Origin: Octopus vulgaris
Lineage: Eukaryota
Length of the DNA: 64,000 bases
Direction of reading: 5' to 3'
Assembly (NCBI GenBank): GCA_951406725.2
Contig: OX597822.1
Coordinates: 50,902,001 to 50,966,000, forward strand
Position 1 is the first letter of the stretch, and every line of letters starts with the position of its first letter. Shown here one piece after another: positions 52,671-64,000 of this stretch. Below the pieces are notes generated by a model that searched no databases, was not told the origin of the DNA, and saw only the letters and a program-made list of their open reading frames with translations. The position numbers were made by a program, and so were the translations under genes.

Positions 52671-55236
52671 CATTGTCATTTACTTTTAATCTGCATGTTT
52701 GATGCAATCACCTGCCGGGGCACACCCAGCGCCCTAGGGCAAGTGAAGGTTAAGAGTTGTTGAATTACAGCTGAAAGCTTGGGGAGGGGAAGTAGAGATA
52801 TATCTCCATGTAATGCAAACACAGACATTTACATTGATAGGGTTTTTCTAAGGATGTGGGCAGTACTTGTTAGCACAATCTTTTGGATTTCCTTGAGACA
52901 TGGTTTTCCAGGGATATTGTCTAGGTGTTTCTGACATCCCTTTTTTATCATACCTAGGGCACCTACAATAACAGGAACAGTTTTTGTTTTAAGATTCCAC
53001 ATCCTCTGTATTTCGATTTCCAGGTCCTTATATTTACTAAGTTTGTCAAATTCCTTGACAGATACATTTTTATCAGTGGGGACGCTTACTTCTATTAGTC
53101 TGCAGGTATTTTCTTCCCTGTCCTTAACAATTATGTCTGGTCGATTAGCCTTGATCGTTCTGTCAGTGTTGACTGGAAAATCCCAGAGGATGGTGACATC
53201 TTTACCTTCAACAACTGGCTGAGGATGGTGTTCGTACCAGTTAGCAGGAGTGTCGGATTTGTAGTGTTTACATATCTTCCAATGTATATACTGTCCTACC
53301 CTATCGTGGCGATTTTTGTATTCGTTTGGTGTCAGCACAGGACATCCCGAAACGAGATGGTCTATCGTTTCGTCAAATGTGTCGCAGAATCTGCATTTAG
53401 GGTCAGTACCGTTTCGGAGAACGTTAGCCTGGTAATTTCTGGTAAACAAGCTTTGATCTTGTGCTGCCATTATGAAACCTTCAGTCTCTGCTTTCAATCC
53501 AGAGCTCTTCAGCCACTGATGGGTTGTTGCTTGGTCTACATCAGCATTTTGGCTTCGGAGAATATATTGTCCATGCAGGGGCTTCTGGCTCCACCGCCTC
53601 TCAATTTGATTCTGCCCGTTCTTTTTTGCAGTCTGCTTGATTCGCTTTGCTTGCTTGGTAGCAGTGGTTTCCGGCTCTTCATCTGATTCAAGGTTAATGT
53701 CTAGTTCCCTTTCGAACTTATAAGCTTCCTTGACAATAGAATGCAGCTTTTTGTTGCTTTCGTGTTCGCGCACAAGTCGCAGCATCCAGTCCTTTGTACT
53801 AGATAGGTACCTGTTCATTCCTACAGTAGAGGTCTTATAGCACAGCTCTAATTGCATCATTCCTCTCCCCCCGCTGCTTCTAGGTAGGTACAAGCGGTCT
53901 ACATCTGCCTTAGGGTGGTGCATGCTCCTGGATGTCAGTAACTTTCATGTCTTCCTGTCTAAGCGTTGGAGTTCCGTAAGGTTCCAGTTAATGATATTAA
54001 AACTGTACTGGACTACTGGAAGTGCCAGGGTGTTAATGGCCTCAATGCAATTTTTGGAGTTGAGCTCAGTCTTCAGTACAAGCCTTATTCTCCTATAGTA
54101 TTCCTTTCTTATTTTTTCCTTCATAGTAGCATCATGTATACCATCTCCTTCGTTGATTCCTAGGTATTTGTAACTTTCCTGTGGGTCAAGTTCCTTGATG
54201 GTAGTGTCAATATCTAATTTAACAGAAGCTGTTTGCCTGAGCTTGCCTCTTACAAAAGTTGCTTTAGCACACTTATCAAGGCCAAAATCCATTCCGATAT
54301 CATTGCTAAACACTTTAACAGTTGTTAGCAGCCCTTCTAGCTCTTGGTCATTCCTGGCAAACAGCTTTAGGTCGTCCATATAGAAAAGATGGTTTATTAA
54401 TTTACTAAAAACTTTGTACCCATATCTAGTACTATCCAATTCGTTTGAGAGTGGGATCAGTGCCATGCAAAAAAGTAATGGAGAGAGGGAGTCACCTTGA
54501 AAGATGCCTCGTTTGATGTTGATGCTGTTGGACTGGCTCATCCCATTACTATGGCTTAAAAAGAGACGTGTGTTCCACATAGTCATGCTATTCTCTAAGA
54601 ATTTTGAGACGACAGGAGAGATCTTGTATATCTCAAGGGCCTTGAGTATCCATTTATGTGGGACACTGTCATACGCTTTCCTGTAGTCTATCCATGCCAT
54701 ACTCAGGTTTTTGTTTTTGCTCCGGCAATTCTCTACAATCATTCTGTTTATGAGCAATTGGTCTTTGCACCCATAAGAGTTTCTTTTACAACCTTTTTGA
54801 GCTTGTGGAAGGATAGAATTTTGTTCAAGGAAAGCGTACATTCTCTCCGTTATTATGGATGTGAGGATTTTGTAGGTGGTGTTGAGACATGTTATTGGCC
54901 GGTAATTCTTTGGGTTTTTTGTGTCTTCGGTTTTAGGTAATAGGTAGGTGGTTCCTTCAGTCAGCCAAGCAGGTATTTGCTCTGGGTTCTGAATGACATC
55001 AGACAGAGATGCAGCGAGATGTTCGTGTACCTCTGTCAAACAATTCAGCCAGAAGTTAGGGATCCGATCCAGTCCTGGGGTTTTCCATTTATGAGCCTTC
55101 CTAAGGACACACCTTAGCTCCTCTATTCCTATTGCTTCCCATTTCTGTTCTTCAAGTTCATCCAGTCTCTCTTTCTCACGTTCTATCCAGTCAGCCTCAG
55201 CATTAAACTCTTTTTCGTTGCTCCATACCTTCTTCC

Positions 55237-55237
<1 letters not shown>
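52671..55237 (-). mobile_element. Young 5'-truncated Dong/R4-clade retrotransposon (RT + CCHC + RLE) inserted in (TAA)n
   Basis: RT: NYRPITCL, WIDYRKAYDSVPH, RGIFQGDSLSPLLF, YMDDLKL, YKYLG. Zinc knuckle: CRFC..ETIDHLVSGC. RLE: RHD, NRPDI, IEVSVP, KLSKY. (AAT)n on both sides. Confidence 0.95.
52829..55237 (-). pseudogene. Dong/R4 RT-RLE reading frame interrupted by a single in-frame TGA at 53945-53947
   Basis: The two track ORFs are in the same frame (55312-53923 = 1389 = 463 codons) and read DRKT*KLLTSRSMHHPK. The poly-Ile N-terminus is flanking microsatellite. Confidence 0.9.
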
Positions 55238-55309
<72 letters not shown>

Positions 55310-55322
55310 CATTATTATTATA

Positions 55323-55827
55323 TTCCCTGGTGCAGTACCAGGCAGTGGCTCTCATGGCTTCTGATTGGAAGTTTTATCTTGTATATTGTTTTGTATTGGT
55401 ATAAAATATGGACTACATGAAATATTACGCTCAGTACCACAGATTTGTTTGTCAGTTGTTTGACTTTAACCAGTAGAGTGGTTGACGATATGTGTATCTC
55501 GGAACACGAGCAGAAGTAGTGGGGGAGCACCATGCCATGTGTTGAGAGGATTTCTTTGGGTTTTGGATAATTCACCTTTCGAAATAAGGGTGTTTTCTTC
55601 ACCATCATTAAACAACTTTTATTGATGTACCATTTAAGTGGGATGGATTACTACTTGCAAGGTCATACTCTGTTTATCTTGATATGAGATAACCATGTCA
55701 CACACATATGTTTGTGATGCACGTGCCTGGTGTATAACCTTTATCAGACGGTTAGTCATGATGGGTATACTGAGTTTCGTATATTTTACCCCAATGCCAT
55801 TTTACTTCCTGCACTGCTTTCTCATTC
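55323..55827 (+). mobile_element. Longest copy of non-coding repeat family X, ending in (AAT)n
   Basis: Aligns with 21559-21953 and with the reverse complement of 19995-20165. Shared 3' terminus CTCA(C/T)TC-AATAAT. Confidence 0.85.
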
Positions 55828-55888
55828 AATAATGATAATAATAATAACAACAACAACAACAACAACAATAATAATGATAATGATATTG

Positions 55889-56003
55889 AGAAGAAGAAGA
55901 AGAAGAAGAAGAAGAAGAAGAAGAAGAAGAAGAAGAAGAAGAAGAAGAAGAAGAAGAAGAAGAAGAAGAAGAAGAAGAAGAAGAAGAAGAAGAAGAAGAA
56001 GAA
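55889..56003. repeat. (AGA)n microsatellite
   Basis: Direct reading. Confidence 0.95.
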
Positions 56004-56599
56004 GGCGTAGGAGGAAGAAGAACTAGAACTCGGAGCACGTTTATCATGTAAAGATAATAAAGTGATAAAATGAAGCCAAAAAGTACAAACAAAATGTTGG
56101 CTATACCGAGCGAGTAATTATAACGTATTTATTTTTTCCTCAAGAAATGATATATTATTATAGTGTACAATCTCCAACACTCACACAACGCATGTATACA
56201 CACTCACTAGGTTACGTTTCAAATCATCTCATTATACACAAGAGAATGCAAAAAATTTACTTAATATCCACATTTCTTAGTTAAAGGAAAACAAAATGAG
56301 AAATTAGGGCTTTAAAATTTTTTTCTCAAAAAGTACGAAAAGTTACATGTGAAAAATACTTTAACACCAGAAACGTCCAGACATATATCATAGGAAAATT
56401 ATGACAATCTAATTAAAGTGCCGGACGTTATTCTTCACGTCCCGCAAATAAAATCAAAAAGCACAGGCACGAGCAGATTATATTTTTTGCCTACACCCTT
56501 ATGTTGTAGTAGTCCTCTACCCGCAAAACGAAAGTATAGCAGCATATTCATATATAATCTCGAAGAAAAATTACCCAGATCTAGTTATATTGATGAAGT

Positions 56600-57890
56600 C
56601 TATCAAACTAGCCAACATCAGGAGATGCATTCTCTAAAGAAGAAAAAGTTATGAGAAACCTAATTAGAGAATTTAAAAGAAAAAATACACCATGGAAATG
56701 CAAATTGTACTCATAGAACAATACTGAAACACAAGTATCTCAAAAGTTTGGAACGCATAATGATGACCAAAATGCATCAAACGATAACAACAAAAACAAA
56801 AATATAAACGGGAAAGAACGTGGAGCAAACCTTAAATCAGGAAACAATGAATTCGGAAACCATGAGTATAATCAAGGCATTAAAATCCACGGAATTCTGT
56901 ATGGACCACTGTCTCTACTTCCCAAAATCTTGGCCCTAAACTAAGGCGGCAACAACAATAAAAGAACATAAATTTGGTCATCACAGAATTAAAGGTATAT
57001 GCAGCAACCTCTGTTGCCACAAAGGAAAGTGAATATCCTCATGAAACACATTGAAATATGAGTAATACAATAAAAACAAACGGTATGGAAACTGATACCC
57101 CGCACCCAACAACAACAAGAAATACAATAAAAGAAGGGGTCAGTCAATCATAAATGAAATTAATAAACCAAACAACTCTATTAAACAATAAGGAAGAAAT
57201 CACTACAGAAATCGGAGATAAAAGGCTAGTTAAAGCAAGATATACTTGTCAAACTAGAAGGAATTCGCCGGTATAAGAAAATCCAACGATTCTTTGACGT
57301 ATACACGCTGTTTCACTGCTGCCTAAAACGATTTTATCAAGAACTTGTTAATATTAAAAGAAATATCAATGCAGTATCAGTACAAGGGGAAATGAAGAAA
57401 TTTGAAAAGGTGTGCAGCGAAGGAATTACTCTACAAAGGGCACATTCTAACACGAAACACAGCACCTGAACAACTCTGTACATCTATATCTATTTTGCCC
57501 TGCAAAATCTAATCAACTGGAAGGCTTTAGCACTAGACAAGATCTCTAATTCTGGAAAAATATTAACAAGAACACAAGGAGGTAGAAGTGAGGGTAGCCG
57601 AACCAGATACTGTAGCTGAATGGTTCATAGAGAGAAAAACCATCCTAATTCCCAGTTCTACTGTAACGGCAAAGCTGCAGAACTACACACCCACAACATG
57701 TCTCCCCACAACTCACTAAAACTTTAACTGCTATAATATTGCGGGGAATGAGCAAAAATCTAGAAAAACAAACTGTTTCTAGAAAAGCAGAAGGTGTTGT
57801 TGCAAAAGTTCACATGACTATAAATATCTGTTATTAATCAACAAAACCATACCTGAAAACATCCCAAAGGAAAAGATAGCTCTAACCTTG
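56600..57890 (+). mobile_element. Decayed Dong/R4 N-terminal/RT fragment
   Basis: NWKALALDKISNS, NYTPTTCLPT, EKQK and LLINKTIPEN correspond to KWKTPGLDRIPNF, NYRPITCL, QKGC and LLINRMIVEN. Confidence 0.65.
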
Positions 57891-59466
57891 GGTTGGATCG
57901 AGTGGCTGTTGGTGCTGCTGCTTCTCTCGAGATTATAGATGTTTTAGCTGCTGTTTCTAAATTTTTTTCGTTCACGAACATCATATTCGTCGCCATTTTT
58001 GTTGTTGTAGATTCTGTAAGTGTAATAGTTTTTTTTTTGTTATACATGATGCTATTGTTTTTGAAATTGTTCTTCTTAATTTTCTTGTTGAATTTGTTCA
58101 TATATCTGGGCACGTGAAAGATTTTCAATGCTGCTGATACTACTGCTGAGATTGTTGCGACTTGAATAAGCGCATCTCACTGAAGGTTTTTATAAGGTTG
58201 ATATATCTCCTAATGTGGTGATCTTAAACGTAAAAATATCCTAGAGGGTGAATTTGTTATCACAAAATTGATGAGCATTCGGACCTACGTTTGCTCAAAT
58301 ACTTTTAACAAACTACATTTTTTCCAACAAAAATAAGAAAGGTGTTAAGACACGAAACGTCTAATTCACCATAATAATAACGATGATGATGGTGATGAGG
58401 ATGATGAAGATGATGATGATAATAATGATGATAATGATGATGAGGATGATGAGGTTGATGCGGATGGTGATGATGATGATGATGATGATGGTGATGTTGA
58501 TGACGTTTATGCTGTTATAATAATACTAATAATAATGATAATAATAATAATAATTATTATTAGTATGTGTATAATCCTATACACATACAAACACAACAAC
58601 AATAACAACAACAATAATAATAATAATGGTTATTATTTATCTATTAAAGTTAGCAAATTATACTTTACATTAGAAGGAAACAATGAAGAAATAACAAAAG
58701 CTGAACATATTTAACTGACGCAAGTAATCATGATATAGTCACGTGTCCAACATTCGTCAGTATGATCCCTACCATCACGAAAAGGTAATCGATAATATTA
58801 TGCAGAATTTGGTGATGATGTAAAATTTTCTGAGAGATGTTTTCATCTATATTTAATCTTCAGCGCTAAATTCCTCGAAGGACAAGTCTACATTGCTTGA
58901 TAATTCCATTTCACAATCATTTGTTCCAATATTCTTTTCTGCATTATGATCCTTTTTCAAATACACCTGATTTACATTATGCAGAAACACATTTGTACAT
59001 CAATCTTGGTGAACATGTTAGAGTTAATGCTTCCTTTTTATAAAAAAGTTCGTAAAACATTTACTTTATAAACAGTATACATCTCGGTTTGGGAAAGTTT
59101 TATATACGAGTAATATTGTAGCTATTTATCATTTCTCTTCACAATGCTGTAAATTAACTATGAATGCTTTCCATTTTGTTCGCACATGTCATAGCGAATA
59201 GTGGTAGTATAGCTGCACTATGTTGAATGTGTCTTTGAACTTCGATATAATAGATGCTCTATTCTCATCTACATCTCTATGCATTGAAATAAAATCTGGT
59301 CATAAAGTAACAATGCTGGTATTAATAAATGGAGTTGGAATTAATTTTGGGAAAATGTCATTACTCTTTCATAATTTTTGGAAAATTTCATTACTCATTC
59401 ATAGTCACTCTTTGAACTTTTCAACCCAGCCTGGTATTTCTTTCTTCTATCTATCTAACTATCTAA

Positions 59467-59567
<101 letters not shown>

Positions 59568-59770
59568 AATTTGTCTATCTATTTATTTATCTATCTATCT
59601 ATTTCTGAACCGACACACGCATACTCACTCCTATACACATACACACACACACACCCACATGTATAATGAATACTATAATATATATACATACTATTATATA
59701 TATGAAAAATTAATACATTTTCAACCCTTATTTTTTCATGAAACACACATGCACAAACACGCATGTACCT

Positions 59771-59811
<41 letters not shown>

Positions 59812-60373
59812 AACACACACACACAAACACACACACACGCACACATACACACACGTAAACACTCACAGTAAAAAATTGTTAGAGGTTTCTGTTCTAGCTG
59901 AATTATATAAAAGAAAAATGAATATGTACAAAAGCATTAATATTATTGTTGTAATCTTCCAAGATAAACTAAAGAGACAAAAAGAGGCGTTCCATTTCCT
60001 TTCAATGTATTAAATCTACTTAATTTACATACGAGGTTTCATTCATCTGCGTATGGACTTTTCAGATGAATATGTTTATAGTGGTCGCAATATATAAAGT
60101 TGAAACTGGGTAACTGGGGAAAGAACTAAGTTTTTTACAAGATACAATATAGTTAGGGAATCCGTCGTCTAAACAGTAAGGTAGAGTGTGTTAGGAATTT
60201 CAATGAAAAGTTTTTATTCTTAAACTAAACGGTCCCCGAGAGACTTTAAAAGACATTAGTCACATTCAATGTGTCTTGGTTAGGCTACGAACTTCTCAGG
60301 TAACCCTCGTATATACGGACATACAGATACACACACACATAAATACACATATATATGTACGTGTATATATATG

Positions 60374-60434
<61 letters not shown>

Positions 60435-60541
60435 GTTAGAAACGAAGGAAATCTCGAACGTAGGTGGATGGCAGTGACAGCAGCTTAAGAATAGGGTAAA
60501 ATAGACATATAGACAGAAAGTGTTGCGATGTACATATATAA

Positions 60542-60577
<36 letters not shown>

Positions 60578-60588
60578 GGATAGATAGT

Positions 60589-60678
<90 letters not shown>

Positions 60679-60693
60679 TACATATATATCAAC

Positions 60694-61741
60694 CACCAGA
60701 GATACCCGGCGTGACTCGTGTCACATGGAATTGAAGAGACTTTTCTTTTATTTTTTCTCTAATGAACTAGAATACCTATTCGAATTACAAAATTGTAGAT
60801 TAAGAATTTTAATGGGTTTTTCTTCTTTACATACCCTTAATTTCTAATCAGGACATTTTTATCCCATACTAATCATCTTTATGCCCAGATTCCAAAATAC
60901 AAATCATATAAAACCTATTCAAAGGATTTTTCTTCTGAAAAATGGAGCACGTGTAGCACATGGAGCTCTAGAATGGTGGGGTTAAGGCACCTATTAGGGA
61001 GATGATTGCTCACTGGATTTGTTAAATGGATCAAAGTTAGACGAAACCAGGATACGAATGATCACAATAAGCAGTCCGCTACCCTATCCTAGTCGTTACG
61101 ACTCCCCAATGTAGGATTCCTCACCATACAGGGTATCGACACAGCCGTAAGATGCATTACAGATCTAATGTAATTGGAAGGGCGTGAACCACCTCAAATA
61201 AGCATGAGGGCTAAGGGGAAATGAACGTGTCACCTCTGGAATTTTGCCAATGATCACTATGCCGATATGTAACTGGAGAGAGTAAATTTGCACTCAATAA
61301 ATCTCTTTGAATGACCAATTACTTATCTAAAAATGCCTTGGGATCAATGTTAACATCTGGGGTCTATCTGTGGTCTAGTGATAATATAAAGACTCAAAAG
61401 ATTTCTGCCAACAAATAATTTTACTTCAAATAACACTTTGTAACTGAATCAGTGAAGGCAAAGATACCTCTCATTTACTTGACAATTTATGCACCACATT
61501 TCAGATATCACAACCTACCTATATCTCAAAGCGAATTCTAACACTGGTGTACCATTGAATTACAAATATAGCTCATCTTGTATCATCGGATGACTCTATA
61601 GATTCCAAGACTACAATTATATCCGTCTTGGCTTAGAAAAATGACTAAATTCTGTGAGTTAAACCAACATTAAGACGTCTTACTAACCTCCTAAAAAGTT
61701 GCGATTTTGAAGTTTCGTGAACCATGTTTTACTATATAGAC
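60694..61741 (+). mobile_element. Possible non-autonomous Helitron/DINE-like element
   Basis: Begins ACCAGAGATACCCGGCGTGACTCG and ends TTTTACTATATAGAC, resembling DINE/HINE-type termini. No coding remnant seen. Confidence 0.3.
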
Positions 61742-62081
61742 AATATGTTAATTAAATAATAGATTAAAGTAGCGGGAAAAAGAGTGTGAGTACTTCGCTG
61801 GACTTTACAATGTTAGGCCATAATTAAGACGTTGCGGGATAATGGAGCTATCGGTGAATTGCATATTTTCCTTACTTTACCATCAAGTTATATTTATTTT
61901 ATTTTATTTCATTTTATTTTATTTTACTTTGTAAATTTTAAAAAAAGTTACCATTCGTATCACTTGAAATTTTGCAGTTCATATTAGAACTGTATTAGAA
62001 CAGTATTAGAACTATAGCTCTTTTATTTGAAATTATCTCTTCGTAATTGCCCTCATTTTCATAGTATTTTTCCGATGGCCG

Positions 62082-62142
62082 GATAACTGAAGAGATGGCA
62101 GCGTGGATTTGCACCTCGACATCCGAAACTCGGGGTTTTATC
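62082..62142 (+). ncRNA. Minimal type-I hammerhead ribozyme motif (Penelope-like pLTR remnant)
   Basis: GAUAA CUGAAGA GAUG...CAUC C GAAA CUCGGGG UU UUAUC. AATAAA follows at ~62153. Confidence 0.65.
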
Positions 62143-62231
62143 GCGACTACCGAATAAAATTACATTTACACACACACACACACATATATATATATACACA
62201 CATATATATATACACACATATATATATACAT

Positions 62232-62294
<63 letters not shown>

Positions 62295-62705
62295 GGTGTG
62301 TGTATACTTGGGAATGGATGATTGTTCCTCCAACGTTCACCACCTTGCCTCGTTAAGGTTTAGCAGCCGTTACTGTCTGTTTTCTCTGTCCTATTTTGGG
62401 TACCAACTTTGACCCTCCGCAAATTCCAAATTCTATCTTACTTTGCGAGACCAACTGTATTCTCGAAGACATATCTTGTTGTAATTACCCGAAATGCAGA
62501 GTAGATAAACAGAGTAGATAAAGAGTTGTTCTTTATGTTACTGTCTTGTTTTCTATTTGGTACTTTCGTTGTTCGCAAGTACGTTCGTATTCCATGTTTT
62601 CGCATTTCGTTTTTTTATGTTATGCATGTTTTTGACGTCTTGTACACATATATGCATATGTATATAGATATATGTAAGTGTGTAAATATATGTATGTATA
62701 TATGC

Positions 62706-62736
<31 letters not shown>

Positions 62737-62789
62737 CATACACACATATATATATATAATAAACCTACATCCACACATACATATCTATA

Positions 62790-62820
<31 letters not shown>

Positions 62821-62906
62821 GTAGGTCCCGGGTTGATTCGGGGTTAACCACAGTAAGTAAGGTACTCAATACATTGCAGAGTAAAATTAATTTATTATAT
62901 AGAATG

Positions 62907-62957
62907 AGCTTCTACAGGACTAGTACTGTTTCATTCAAGAGAAATCTTCAGGAAGCT
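62907..62957 (-). ncRNA. Type-I hammerhead ribozyme motif, best preserved in the window
   Basis: AGCUUC CUGAAGA U-UUC-UCUU-GAA-U GAAA CAG-UACUAGUC-CUG UA GAAGCU. 6-bp stem I, intact core, 4-bp stem III, GUA cleavage triplet. Confidence 0.75.
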
Positions 62958-63703
62958 ATTTAACAAGAATTGTATTAGCATTTATACATTTAGGCAGGTT
63001 TAAAGGAGTGGTGGTGGGGGACTTTTTTGGGGGTAGGCATAGCGCAAAATATCATACTTGGGGGAGTGGTCAAGGAGTCAGTGGTAAGTTAGATGAAAGA
63101 ATAGATAAATAAAAAAAAAAAAAAAAAAAAAAAAAAATAAAATAATAAAAATAAAAATAATAAAAAAATAAAAAAATAAAAAAAATAAAAAAATAAATAA
63201 ATAAAAAATATATATAAAAAATATATATATATAAAAAAAAAAAATATATATATATATAAAAAAAAGGGGGGATAGAGTTATAGGTAAATAAGGAGATTCT
63301 CACTTATACCTATACACATATGTATACGTATCTACACACATATATATACACACACATATATATATACATATATATATATATATACACATATACATATACA
63401 CGCATATACATACATATCTACATACACACATACATACACCCGCCCACATATACAAATTTATACACATGCACATGCAAATACCTGTCTACACATACACACA
63501 CGTATATATGCATACACTCACTCCCATGCATGCACGCATACACACATGTATATATATACCCACGACCACACATACATATATACACAGAAAAATATATATT
63601 CATACGCACATACACTCATGCACACACAACACACCTAGTTCCCTATATACACATATTTACACCTATATATACATATATATACATACACCCACATACACAT
63701 ATG

Positions 63704-63747
<44 letters not shown>

Positions 63748-63848
63748 CACGCATACATATATATACACATGTGTGCACATACATACATATACACACATAC
63801 ATACACATACACATACACATGTGTACCTATACATACCTACACATACAC

Positions 63849-63905
<57 letters not shown>

Positions 63906-63908
63906 CCA

Positions 63909-63996
63909 ATAGGTCACAGCAGGTATGTCCTCCTAGACATAGGTCACAGCAGGTCACAGCAGGTATGTCCTCCTAGACATACCTGCTGTGACCTAT
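63909..63996. repeat. Perfect 19-21-bp hairpin with internal tandem duplications
   Basis: AGGTCACAGCAGGTATGTC-CTCCTA-GACATACCTGCTGTGACCT at 63951-63994. The left arm plus loop is duplicated at 63909-63940. Confidence 0.9.
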
Positions 63997-64000
63997 GCAT

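Noticed and set aside
53945-53947. Stop codon rescued by A-to-I editing (UGA to UGG) or readthrough
   Set aside because: The homologous residue is Arg, the copy is 5'-truncated, and a 5' G neighbour disfavours ADAR. An ordinary nonsense mutation is simpler.
63100-63265. Long irregular A-rich tract
   Set aside because: Low-complexity, possibly low-quality consensus. No functional claim is supportable.

Overview
This is AT-rich, microsatellite-saturated animal genomic DNA with no recognisable host protein-coding gene. The repeat repertoire resembles a coleoid cephalopod such as Octopus (inference). The window is mostly transposable elements. (1) One 5'-truncated APE-RT LINE has a fully open 1079-aa ORF2 and an un-annotated ORF1 remnant with two CCCH zinc fingers; two relatives are also present, all three sit in (TA)n, and a tRNA-SINE shares their 3' stem-loop. 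(2) Many Dong/R4-type RT-RLE retrotransposon copies lie in (TAA)n tracts, one of them nearly intact. (3) There are degraded L1/Tx1-type ORF1 and ORF2 segments. (4) Three palindromic Tc1/mariner-derived MITEs and a Tc1 transposase fragment are present. (5) Penelope-like remnants carry several minimal hammerhead-ribozyme motifs, including a tRNA-headed hammerhead element in head-to-head arrangement. Two candidate non-coding minus-strand exons are also noted. Most ORFs in the supplied track are microsatellite artefacts.
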